From: Caecitellus pseudoparvulus
Taxonomy: Eukaryota; Protista; Bigyra: Bicosoecida
DNA: 64,000 bases
Direction: 5' to 3'
NCBI GenBank assembly: GCA_965644315.1
Contig: CBFFRQ010000043.1
Location: 496,001 to 560,000, forward strand
The notes beneath the pieces are model-generated. The model saw only the letters and a list, made by a program, of their open reading frames with translations, had not been told where the DNA came from and did not search any database. A program made the position numbers and the translations under genes. Numbering within the stretch: the stretch's first letter is position 1; every line of letters begins with the position of its first letter. Positions 53,659 through 64,000 of this stretch are shown piece after piece.

Positions 53659-54106
53659 GATGATGTGTGTCGCACAGCGACCGCGTGGCAAACCCCCGCT
53701 CAGACTCTGCACTGCAGCCTCACACGCCTGGCACAAGAGGGAGGGGAGGTGCGGCGATTTGTGGGGCATGCTTCAGCTTGTGCATGGGTGTGTGGCCCCC
53801 GTCGCAGACTGCAAGGGCTCGCCTCACCCTGCTGCGGGGGGCGTGGAAGCCGTCCAGTCAGCTGGCCGGAGCGGCCGTCTCGGCGCAAACGGTGGAGGAG
53901 AAACCCCCGGCGCTGCAACATGCCCGGCGCGGGTGCCGCGCACACGGCACCTCGTCCCCGCTCTCAAAACAAGCTGCATTGGTTCTTTGCGACACAAACC
54001 TGGGCGCAGCCTTGCCCTGGACGCGACTGCGGCGAGCCTCCGCATCGCAGGAGTTGCGAGATGCCACACCGCATGTCCAGGGCAAGGCTGCGCGCCCAGG
54101 GGGGAG

Positions 54107-55081
54107 TCAAGGCCCCTCGGGGCTCACACCCGACGGGTTCCGTCGCGTCTTGACGACCTCTGGCTCGCTGGGCGTGGTGGCCCCCAGCAAGTCCACGCTG
54201 AGGCTGCGGCAGCGCTGCTCGCCGTCCTTGCTGTCCGCGGTCGCAACAACGCAGGCCGTGTCGCAGTCGTCCAGGACGCCTGGTGTGGCGCCCACGTCCG
54301 CAATGACGCCCTTTCCTTGCTCCTCAGCCTTGGGGGCGCTCAGACCCAGCGGCTTGGGCGCCTGGGGCCCCTTTTCGGGAGTGCAAGCTTCCGTGTCGGC
54401 CCCTGCGGGGTCAAGCATGCCGAAGCGACACAATGCCCAGGCTGCTGCCGCGCCCAGCAGCTCAAACACGACGAAGATCAACATGCCCAGGCCGTCAATA
54501 CCTGTCATGGTGCCGGTCACCGCCCGCGCAATGGCCACGGTGGGGTTGGCGAAGCACCCAGAGGACGTGTACCAGTGTGTGGCGGCAATGAAGCAGCCGA
54601 CGTTGCCGGGCACAGAATCGGGCTGCAGCTTCTCTCCCAGCAGGATCACGAGCAACAGGCCGAAGGTCGCGATGGCCTCCGCGAGCCAGGCATGGGCAGC
54701 TGGCGTGGAGGCTGTGGACACCTGCATCACTGGCAGCTCGAACATGGCGTGGACAGACCAGACGCCCAGGAAGGCTCCCGCGAGCTGGGCGGCGCAGTAC
54801 GCGGCAGCCTCCTGCCACACCAGCTCACCCTGCGCAAACATGACTGCGGTGACGGCCCCATTGAAGTGCCCGCCGGAAATGGGGCCCAGGGTCGTGATGA
54901 ACACCTTCAAGCACAGGCCCGCAGCGGCCGAGATGGCCAGCAAGTGCAGTGCCGGTACGGCAGCCGCCCCTTCGGCCAGGTTTGTGGACAGCTGCCCGGC
55001 GCCCACGATGGCCATGAGCAGGAAGGCAGAGCCAATGCCCTCCGCGAGGGACTTCTGCCACAGGGCGTAGTCACGTGCCAT
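54107..55081 (-). CDS. MIP/aquaporin of the bacterial arsenic-resistance-associated (AqpS-like) type
   Basis: AEGIGSAFLLMAIVG, GPISGGHFNGAVT, HAMFELP, AEAIATFGL, HWYTSSGCFANPTV, ARAVTGTMTGI. No intron apparent. Confidence 0.85.
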   Translation of the reverse strand: MARDYALWQKSLAEGIGSAFLLMAIVGAGQLSTNLAEGAAAVPALHLLAISAAAGLCLKVFITTLGPISGGHFNGAVTAVMFAQGELVWQEAAAYCAAQLAGAFLGVWSVHAMFELPVMQVSTASTPAAHAWLAEAIATFGLLLVILLGEKLQPDSVPGNVGCFIAATHWYTSSGCFANPTVAIARAVTGTMTGIDGLGMLIFVVFELLGAAAAWALCRFGMLDPAGADTEACTPEKGPQAPKPLGLSAPKAEEQGKGVIADVGATPGVLDDCDTACVVATADSKDGEQRCRSLSVDLLGATTPSEPEVVKTRRNPSGVSPEGP

Positions 55082-55869
55082 GGCCAGCGTCGCTGTGGGG
55101 CGCAGGGGCGGTGGGGTGGAGAGGCTGCGGCGGCATCTCGCGCAACGCTCCTGCCGCTGCTGCTCGCAGGAAAGTGGATACCGCGAAGCAGTGCGGGCGG
55201 CCGGCTTGGCCAAGGCTTGGTGAGAGAAAAGCCTCCAAACGCGCCCACAAGGCCCAGAGCAGCCTGCCGCGTCTCTGGCAGCGGCTGCTGCAGCACTCAC
55301 AGTGTGACAGGTGCTGATGCGAGTCGCGAAGGGCTATCAGCACAAATTCCGCCAGCTCGCGACGTTACAAACTTCAGAAAAGCGTGCCCCTTGTGTGTCT
55401 CTTGAGAAGGAGAGGTGACAGGGGTGGTGGTCTGCCCGGCAGAGAAAAATTTTTGGTGTTTGTTTTGGGCTTGAGGGTCCGCTGCCATGCGCTGCAGTTG
55501 CGGCTGAGCATGCGCTGGCTGGCCAAGCCGTCCGAATCCAGCTCTGCGCACAGGCAGAATGTGATGTGCGGAGTCTAGCCTGCCTCCCCCTGGGCTCCTT
55601 GTAGCCTCCCCCCTTCAAGGGGGGGGGGCAGGGTGCGCTGGTCCCGCTGGTCACGCGCTTCGAGTACAGTACCTTGTGGCACTGCCCGGCAAGGCACACA
55701 ATTCAACTATCCAGGCAACGCGACGCGCCTCTCAGGAGTCAACAGCGTCTTGCTCTGCCGGTGACACTCGTCAGCTGTGCTTGGCTGCCGTCCCTTCCCT
55801 GCGCCCGGTGCCCCCAACGAGGACTGCAGGCGGCGACTCACCTCCAGATACAGCCGCCCCGAGGGAAGC

Positions 55870-58800
55870 ATGGCGGAGGCTGGCCAGAGCGCGGAGGAGG
55901 CCATGACCATCCAAGTCAAAGCGTTCGTCTTGAGTGCCGCGGAGCGGGGAATCATGGCGCCGCACGTAGCGCAGAGAGTCGTCGGTGCGTGGCGGTGAGC
56001 CAGCGTTTGAGCCCGGAGACTCCCGCTGGCACTCCCTGCATGCTCACGCAGAGGTGTTGGATGGCGAAGATGCAGCTCAGAAAGCCGCCATCTTTGACAA
56101 AATGGCATCCTTGGTGGTGCAGCGACAACGGCGCGCAGAAGCTGCGGCGAGGTGCGTGCTTCCCACCACGCCGGGCACACACAACCCGCAGCCTAACACC
56201 CTGCTTTCCTTGCTCTTCCCCAGTAGCAGCGGCCCGTTGCGACGCTTGGTTACTCCCTTTGAGCACTTGAAGGATGCGCAGCTCGTCGACATTTTCTGTG
56301 CGTGCACGCCGCGAGGCAAGGAGTTTGCCATTGCCCAAGCAGCAAGAAACTCCGCTGAAACGCGCAGCCTTCCTGGACGTGCCCGAGCTACTGCAAGTGG
56401 CCAGCGTACTGGACACAAGGGCGTACAGGATTGTTAACAGTGTGGATGAACTCTTCGTGCCGCACTGCCTGCAGCTGCTGCGCACGCCCATCGTGCGGGC
56501 AGTCGCACGATCCTGCATTCCCCACCACAAAGCCTTCGTAGAGCTGTACTGGACCCGCAGTGTGCTCGCCGCGGAGCGGGGTGTCAAGGCGCTGTACCTG
56601 CTGCACCGACTGAGTCTCCCCCCCAGCGATCCGGACTACATCAACGTATCGGCGTCAGTGTACATCCGGCGGCGGCAGCTCAAAGCAGCAGCCGGTGCCG
56701 GCGCAGCAGCTGCCGGGGCAGGGGGCGGCGCAGGCGGCGAGCTGAGGGCCCTGCAGGACGGCACCCCCGTGGCCGCGGGGCTGATGGATGCCCTGCCATA
56801 CACGTCCCTGGGCAACGTCTACCAGCATGAGCACGAGGCTGCGGCGGAGCAGGGCTTGCGGGGAAACCCCACACAAACCCTGCTCCGGCGGGGGGCCTGG
56901 GTGGCCTGGCACCTTGCCAACGCCGTCCTGGCTGCCCGGGGCGCAGGGGTGCACTTGGCGCCCCCTGAGGACGGCTGCACGCCCCTGTCCCTCGCCGCCG
57001 CCGCGGGGGGCCTCCTCCCCGACTGCTCCCAGGGGGGCACATCCGCTGCCCGAGACGCCCTGGTACGGGACGCGGTGCTGCTGGTGGCGCGGCTGGCAGA
57101 CCGTCGCGCCACCCCTGCCCAGCGCACAGCCGCCAGCCGCGACCTGGGCCGCTCCCCCTGGACAGCTGCCTTCCACCTGCCGGACCCGGAGGCCGCCCTG
57201 AGCTCAGAGGGCGAGCAGCCGCTGCTGCCTGCTTGCCAGCCGGTGCTGGCGGACGGCGGGACCATGCTGCAGTTCACCTTTGCGCCAGACAAGACGCGGG
57301 CGTTTGTGTTCCAGGGCATGGATGGGCACACCAGCCACGTGGCACTGCACCTGACGTCCCGGTGGCTGCAGGCGCCCCGCCGCCTCATCCGCTGTGAGCG
57401 CCTGACCCCCACGCCCAACCCCTCCAAGAACGTGAAGCACTTGCAGCTAGCCCTGCGCACCATCGCGGGGGAGACCACCTCCCAACCAGAGTCCCTGGAG
57501 CGGGCACTGCTGCGCACCCGCCGTGCGGCGCTGGAGGCCTGCCAGAGGGGGGGGCTGCGGGGGGGGTACGTGCCGGCAGGCGTCACCGCCGCTGCACACT
57601 TCGCACACGCGCCGCTCCTGACCAAGGCCACTGCGCGAGAGGCCATGCGCCGTGCCATGTGTGGCCCGCCGGCATGGGGAGGTGCCCACAGCCCCGCACT
57701 GGGCGACATCCTGTCCTCCGCGCCGGGGGGAGACGTGTGGGCCACCCCTGCGGCGGGAGCCCGGCCCCTCCCCGCCATGCAGGATGCAGGGGCCTTCGCG
57801 AAGGCCCTCGTGCAGGGCATGGCATCCAGCGACTTCTGCTGGACCAGGGGCACGCGGGGCATGCGGGTCCTGGCGCCGCCTGTGGGTGAGGGTGGGTCTG
57901 CGGGAGCCCTGTGGGCGGCTGCCACAGGGGCCGTCGCCGGGGCGGGCCTGGCAGCCTCCGCCATCGGCCAGCGCTGCCAGACATGGGCCAGCCTGAGCGA
58001 CGTGGGGGTGGGCGGGGCCAAGGTCCTGGGGCGCATGCTGCGCAGTGATCCGGGCGCCTTCCTTGGGGACGGCAGCTTCATCAACTCAGAAGAGAGCAGT
58101 GTCGCGTCACGCACCCTGGCTACAGCCCACGAGTACTCTTCGAAGCCCTCAGGCGCCAAGGCCGGGCGGGTTGTGGGGCTGGCGGGGGTGCAGGAGGTGC
58201 AGTGGGTGCGTGTTCGCGTCTCGGTGGACGAGCTGTTCCGCCTCGCCACCACCAGCGACAGGGCAGAGGTGGTGGCAGGGCTCCTGGCCGATACGGCTGT
58301 GGAGGCGGCGGCAGTGCAGGCTGCCCAAGCCTCTGGCCGCATGCCGCTCACCTGGCTCGCCGCACCCCACGAGAGTGAGCTGCCACTCACCTGTGCCGCA
58401 GACGTCCTGGACAAGGAAGGGCCGGCGGCAGTGGGAATGGGCGGGGAGCTCGCCGCCGCCCTGGGCAGGTACCCAGCCCTTCAGCGCGCCTTTGGCCCCG
58501 ACCAGCACCCCGCCGTGCGCCAGGCTGCCCTGAAGCAGCCGGTGCCGTCTGACTACCCGACGATGGCGTCACCGCAGCGCGTGGTGGCACTGGCGCCCCA
58601 CGCTGCTCGTGGCTGTGCGGGAGCCACACCGGCGTTTCTGCAGATGGGCTACTGCGCCGCCAACGTGCACGGGGGGCCGGATGTCCCGTACGAACCCCCC
58701 CAGCACGCCATGAGAGCGGCACGGGAGGCGCCGGGGGGTGGACAGCCCCCCCCTGCGCCCCCTGCCCCAGACGGCCCTTCCAGCGTCCCTCCAGGCTCCG

Positions 58801-59210
58801 TCGCCATCCACGACGACGACAGCGACGACGGCGAGGTGGTCGGCGACGGCGACAAGGTCAGCGACCCTGCCCCAGCCCCGCCGTCCGCACCATCTCCCGC
58901 CCCAAGGGCTGGCCCTCCCCCAGGGGACAAACCGGGTGGCAACCCGGGCATGCCTTCCCGCGCCACACTCTCGGGAGCATCACGTGAAGTGGTGCTGCCG
59001 GGGCTGTGGGCGGGCCTGTGGCGCGTGTCGCAGGAACAGGGGTGGGTGTGGGTGCCGGCGCACTTCGCGCTGACAGCCCTCACGCAGCGCCCTGCCGTGG
59101 CGGAGGCCAGCACGGTGCCCTTTGACTACGGCGCCCTCGCGACGCTGGCTGCCGAGGCGCCGGCCGTGTTTGTGCAGGGGGCCACGAGCGCTGCGTGGTG
59201 GATGGTGTGA
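55870..59210 (+). CDS. F-box protein with long uncharacterised C-terminal region; multi-exon
   Basis: Splicing across the intron near 56298-56368 gives FEHLKDAQLVDIFSFLDVPELLQVASVLDTRAYRIVNSVDELF, an F-box pattern. Confidence 0.6.
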
Positions 59211-59245
59211 CCCCGCCGCCGCCGGCGCCAGTGGTCAGGCAGGCC

Positions 59246-59257
59246 AATGCATGCATT
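59246..59257. promoter_or_regulatory. Palindrome AATGCATGCATT between convergent F-box and HADH stops; candidate 3'-end signal
   Basis: Perfect 12-bp palindrome abutting the HADH stop codon. Confidence 0.4.
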
Positions 59258-60373
59258 CAGCCCACCACCTTGTTGCCCTTCCAGGTGTAGAAGCCCTGGC
59301 CAGACTTACGGCCCAGCTTGCCCTCTGCTACCATGCTCTCCAGCAGGGGCGGCACGAAGAAGGCGGGGTCCTCCGGGAACTGCTGCACCCAGCCCTGCAG
59401 GATGAAGAGGCAGGTGTCCAGGCCCACGTAGTCAGCCAGGGTGAGGGGGCCCATGGGGTACCCGCAGCCCAGTTGCATGGCCTTGTCGATGTCCGCCTTG
59501 GAGCCGACGCCCCGGTCGAAGAGGGCGATGGCCTGGGCCATGTACGGCACCAGGAGCCGGTTCACGATGAAGCCGGGGGTGTCCGTGCAGGCGACGGCGG
59601 TCTTGCCCTGGGCCTGGGCGAAGGCCATGGCGGCGTCGAAGGTCTCGGTGCTGGTGACGTCGGTGCGCACCACCTCCACCAGCTGCATGATCTGCACGGG
59701 GTTGAAGTAGTGCAGGCCCACGAGTTTGTCGCCGCGGCCACTGGCCTCGATCATGTCTCCCACGTTCAGGGAGGAGGTGTTGGTGGCCAGGATGCCGCTG
59801 GGCTTGACGATGCGGCCCAGGTCCGTGTACAGCTCCTTCTTCACGTCCAGGTTCTCAACGATGGCCTCGATGACCAGGTCACAGTCCGCCAACGCGCCAC
59901 GGTCCGTGGCGGTGCTGATGCGCCCCAGCACGGCAGAGGTCTCGGCGTCCGCCGCCTCCTGCGTCGCCTTGCCCTTCTTCACGGCGCGGTCGGCCACCGT
60001 GTTCAGGGAGCTGGCGATCATGCCCATGCCCTGCGAAACGGGGTGGTGGGCGTGGACCCCAGTCGTGCGCGCCCGGCAGGCACGGCACGCACTCGGCTGA
60101 CGGCTTCTTCAGAGGCCTCCACAGCCACAACTTCGAAACCCTTCTGTGCGGTCACTTGCGCGATGCCGTGGCCCATGAGGCCCAGCCCCACCACGCCCAC
60201 CTGCGGGAATTGCGGCGGCTGGTGCAGTGCCCCTGCGCTCGCCCAGCAGCACACAGAGCTCGCATGAGCACGCCGGCGCTCAGCCGCACCTTGGAGATGC
60301 CAGCCACTTCTGTGGACATGCTTCTGGAGCCCGCTCGGGCTGCCGCCCGAACTGCGCGAGCCACGGCGGCCAT
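59257..60373 (-). CDS. HADH: Mitochondrial 3-hydroxyacyl-CoA dehydrogenase; 3 exons
   Basis: Presequence MAAVARAVRAAARAGSRSMST, then GLGLMGHGIA, DLVIEAIVEN, ATNTSSL, GLHYFNPV, DTPGFIVNRLL, GYPMGP, GRKSGQGFY. Confidence 0.94.
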
Positions 60374-60495
60374 GTTTGTAGGGCGGACGTGAGTCTGACG
60401 CAGGCGCAAAGTGCCAAGGCGCGAGCAAGAAGGGGCCAGTCGCGGGAGGAAGTGCATGGATTAGTATGTGCAGGGGCCAGGGAAGTGTGATATCG

Positions 60496-61690
60496 TCAGT
60501 GCTGTGGGCCACTCTGGCGCCTGTGCAGCACCATGGCCCTGCGCAGGCGCCAAGCCCCCTCACGCGCCGCTCTGCTGGCCACGGCGCCGGCAGCCTGCTG
60601 CCACTGGCTGCGGTGCTGCCGACGCACTGCCAGCATCACAGCAGACACCTCTGGTGTGCATGCAATTTGCTGTTTCCACGCCGGTAGCGGCAGTTGCAGC
60701 CACTGCAGGAGGGTCTGGGCACCCACATCCTCCAAACGCCGGTCGTCAATGGTGGAGTGGTCCGTCTGCCGCTCCACGACGTCGCTCCACCGCCCAGCTA
60801 CGGAGAGGGGCCCCCTGTCTCGATTTTCCAGGCGCCGCGCAGCCTTGGCACACATCCGGCGGGTGAGGTGGGCCACGGCAGGGTCGTGGTGGGCCAGCAC
60901 GCGCAGCAGCTGTGTCAGGCTCTGCGCCAAGTGCTGCCCGGCGCCGTGGTCAGCCAGGCCGATGTGTGTGGCCCCCACTGTGCGGGGCGTGAGGGAGGGC
61001 GCGCCGGATGGTCCCCGGTGCTCGAGCAGCACCTCCACCGCCAGGGCGTCAGCTGACGCGACGGCCTTGTACAGCGGCGTGACCAAGCGCACTCCTTGTT
61101 GCACCCCCAGGCGGGGGTCGGCACCAGCGCCCAGCAACAGCTGCGGCACCCCTCGGTCGGCACACAGTATGCCTGCGTGCAGGGGGGTCCCGCCTGCCTC
61201 GTTCAGGAGGTTGGCGGCGGTGCCGGCTTGCAGCAACGCCGCCACGATCTCTGCGTGCCCAGCTGCCGCTGCGACGTGCAGCGGGGAGAAGCCGTACGCG
61301 TCCTTGCGGTCGAGCTTGGCCTTGGCGGCAAGCAAGGCGTGCACGGTCGCTAGCTCCCCTGCCTGGGCTGCATGGTGCAGGGCCGTGCGCCTGCCCCTCC
61401 CTCCAGCAAGGTTCACCCCTGCACCCTTCTGCACCAGCTCCTGCACCAGGTCCCACTTGCGGTTTGAAGCGGCGCTCCAAATGGGCTCGCACACGACAGA
61501 GGGTGGGGGGGCGGTGGGGGCTTCGTACACTGCACTGGGCTGCGGCGCCACGGAGTGTGACCCGCACCTGCGAAGGCGGCAGCGACAGCGACGTGGTGTT
61601 TCCCTTGCGAGGTACTGCTGCTGCCAGCAACTTCCCGGCTGTGCGCCCACTGGCGTACATGCAGGCGCGCGGAACTCACGTCTGGCCCAT
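60496..61690 (-). CDS. Ankyrin-repeat protein with predicted MGQTC N-terminus
   Basis: Ankyrin repeats TALHHAA, GFSPLHVAA, GGTPLHAG, TPLYKAV. An 11-nt first exon (61690-61680) splices in phase across intron 61679-61568. Confidence 0.75.
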
Positions 61691-62192
61691 GCTGAAGGGA
61701 TTAAATGTTGCGCAGCTGCACTTGCGCCGCCATGGGCTGTGCTGCAGGCAAGCAGGCAAGGCAGCTGGGAAACGGCCTTCGTGACGGGTGCAGGCGCAAT
61801 TTCCGCAGGACACTCCCTCTGCCTCGACCCCTCCGACTAGAGACGGCAAGCTGCAGCACTTGAAGTAATGGGGGAGGTGCGAAGATCACGTGTGTGTGCG
61901 TGAATTGAGTGGTGTGGGCATTGCCCGCGGGGCGGGCCGGGCCGCCTAGGTGCTCGTCAGATGGTCGCAGGGTCACACCTCGCCGAGATCGTCCTCCGCT
62001 CACGCCACGTCACACCTCCAAACGTAAAGTCAGGCGGTCCGCGCAGATCCCTGGGGCACTCGCGAAAAGCACACGGGCAGGGACCACTCAATACGAATCA
62101 TGCATTCTGATGTGCATCAGGGCAGGGACAAGCGAGCTGCGCCTAAACCAGGGTGCTTTCTGCACCTCTGGACACCGCCGTCGCGTCGCGAC

Positions 62193-64000
62193 TCATGACT
62201 GCTGAGGGGGTGCCACCCCAGCCTTGCCGTCTTTGACAGTGGCAGGCGCACTCTTGGCTCCCGCCACGGGCGTCAGCTCAACCTGAGTGGCGGGCTTCTT
62301 CGCGGCCACAGCTGGCTCCTCGTCCTCCTCGTCATCGTGCTCAAAGTCAGGCGCCTCGTCCGAGTGCGCCTCAGAGCCGAACCACAGCAGGACGACGGGC
62401 AAGAGGATCAGGCCATGCGCGGCGCCCAGGACAGAAGAAAGGAAGAACACCCGGAAGAGGGTGCTGAAGATGTAGCTGGCGCTGGGGGACAGCACAACCA
62501 CTGCCAGGAAGGTGCTGCTGGCGCCGTTGATGACGGAGACACCCATCTCCCCCAGGGCCTTGCTGACGCGTGCCTTGCGGGTCTCCTCGTGCACGTGCAG
62601 GAAGGCGTGCGCGATGTGTGCCGAGTAGTCGATGGACAGGCCCACAGCGAGGACGAGGAACACCACCGAGACTCCGTCCAGGCTCACCCCCCAGAAATGC
62701 ATGAAGCCGAGGATGTTGAGCAGGCAGGAGCCCACGACGAGGGTGACGAGGATGGACGTTTGCAGGTCAGCCAACAGCAGTGACACGACGACAAAGACGC
62801 AGGCAATGGAGAGCCCGACGTTGGTGATGGCCTCCTGCGGCACGACCACGTACTGCTCCCACTCCCGGTACACGAATGTATAGGCAAAGACGGACGCCTC
62901 CCCAATGCCCGCTTCCCTGCCAGCCTTGTTCACGGCGTCGATGGTTGTCTCCATCGCGTCGGCCTCGTCCAGGGCGTTGTCGATGACAGAGTAAAAGGCC
63001 TGTACGCGAGTCATGCGGATGGGGCCACTGGTGGCGCTGGCGCCTCCTTGGAACACGATGTTGCTGCCCCAGAACGAAAAAGCAGGGGAACAGAGGAAGG
63101 ACTCCATGGCAGAGTCGAAGTCAGCCCGGTTTGTCGGCACGTCAGCGGAGGAAATGGACGTGTCGTAGCAAGGGCAGCCTGGGCCACAGGCGCCAGACGC
63201 CCCCGACGCGTTGCGTGCCGCCGACTCTGCCAGGAAGGTCTGGAAAGCACTGTACCAGCTGAGCAGAGGCGCAGACTCCGTGTTCACATACTTGTTGTCG
63301 CGCAGGGCGGACTCCAGGCGCGGCATGAGGGTGGGGTAGTCCACCGGGTGGAAGTTTTCAGCGTACGCCCAGACAGGGAAGCCGTTACCGGAAAAGTACG
63401 CATCGCGGATCTTGAAGCTTTCCTGCAGGTAGCTGTCAGCAGGCACAAACCACTCCTCCTGGAAGTCCAGGCCCAAGTTTGCGACGCCCACTGCGGAGGC
63501 CGCCAGCAGGCCGGCGAACACCAGCCCGACGGCGACCTGCCCCGGAATGCTGGTGAGGGCGGGTGCCAGCTGGTACTCGATGTGCTCTGCCATCCAGCCA
63601 GCCTGCACACAGAGGAAGACCTTGCGTGGGCGCGTGCCCACGTACTCTGCCTTGCTTCCCCACGTTTTCTCCTCCTTGGCCTCGGCAGTGGGCGTGGCGG
63701 TGATGGGGTTGGAGCCTGCAAAGCCGCCGGCCTCCAGGGCAGATGTGGAAGCGGCCAGCTTCGCGGCCTTGCGCTCCGCCTTGACGCGCGCCGACGCAGC
63801 CTGCACGTCGGCGAGCACCTCGTCGTCCACGAAGCAGCAGCAGCAGTCGTAGCGGCCAGCCTCCTGCCGGCGCGCGTCCAGAGTGAGCACGGCCACGAAG
63901 AACGTGCACGACATGAAGAAGGCGCCCAGGATGCCGTACAACGCCCACAGGGTAAAGGAGGACAGGGCTGGGAGGGATGTGGTGGCAGAAATGCCAAAGG
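62193..64000 (-). CDS. Patched/NPC1-like sterol-sensing-domain (RND) membrane protein; 3' part only
   Basis: End of the sterol-sensing domain (TTSLPALSSF...LDARRQEAGRYDCCCC), luminal loop (F.PADSYL), second TM bundle (AVGLSIDYSAHI, MGVSVINGASSTFL, HGLILLPVVL). Confidence 0.9.
   Translation of the reverse strand, partial: FGISATTSLPALSSFTLWALYGILGAFFMSCTFFVAVLTLDARRQEAGRYDCCCCFVDDEVLADVQAASARVKAERKAAKLAASTSALEAGGFAGSNPITATPTAEAKEEKTWGSKAEYVGTRPRKVFLCVQAGWMAEHIEYQLAPALTSIPGQVAVGLVFAGLLAASAVGVANLGLDFQEEWFVPADSYLQESFKIRDAYFSGNGFPVWAYAENFHPVDYPTLMPRLESALRDNKYVNTESAPLLSWYSAFQTFLAESAARNASGASGACGPGCPCYDTSISSADVPTNRADFDSAMESFLCSPAFSFWGSNIVFQGGASATSGPIRMTRVQAFYSVIDNALDEADAMETTIDAVNKAGREAGIGEASVFAYTFVYREWEQYVVVPQEAITNVGLSIACVFVVVSLLLADLQTSILVTLVVGSCLLNILGFMHFWGVSLDGVSVVFLVLAVGLSIDYSAHIAHAFLHVHEETRKARVSKALGEMGVSVINGASSTFLAVVVLSPSASYIFSTLFRVFFLSSVLGAAHGLILLPVVLLWFGSEAHSDEAPDFEHDDEEDEEPAVAAKKPATQVELTPVAGAKSAPATVKDGKAGVAPPQQS

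Noticed and set aside
38703-55081. Bacterial contamination or an inserted prokaryotic island explaining GT45, MsrB, RlmN and the aquaporin
   Set aside because: These genes are interleaved with intron-bearing eukaryotic genes (EMC4, MOK), MsrB itself has introns, and base composition looks uniform. No integrase or terminal repeats were seen.
53459-55405. 648-aa plus-strand ORF
   Set aside because: Antisense shadow of the aquaporin and the MOK 5' end. No recognisable motifs.

Overview
A gene-dense, GC-rich eukaryotic nuclear window. It holds about 30 protein-coding genes, short GT-AG introns (mostly about 65-70 nt) and very short intergenic spacers. Epsilon-tubulin, a MOK/LF4 kinase and a roadblock light chain point to a flagellated protist; a heterotrophic stramenopile is my unproven guess. 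Housekeeping genes include MAD1, a MYST acetyltransferase, TMEM18, BiP, syntaxin-18, CCDC47, an ACAD10/11-type dehydrogenase, BRF1, EMC4, HADH and a Patched/NPC1-like protein. The main candidate novel system is three secretory-pathway glycosyltransferase genes at 36.4-50.7 kb. Two are GT49-GT64 fusion paralogues with reciprocally degenerate active sites, recalling EXT1/EXT2. The third is a membrane-anchored protein carrying a bacterial KfiA/heparosan-synthase-type GT45 domain. Together they suggest a non-animal route to a heparosan-like GlcA-HexNAc polymer. Other highlights: a degenerate DXO/Rai1-like domain fused to an intact GT7 domain with a putative NLS; a spliced CHAT (caspase-like) protease gene missed by the ORF track; a roughly doubled, divergent transportin-like protein; a bacterial arsenic-type aquaporin with altered NPA motifs; and a recurrent palindromic ATGCAT motif just after stop codons. 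All family calls come from motif recognition by eye, not from database searches. No rRNA, tRNA, CRISPR array or mobile element was recognised.
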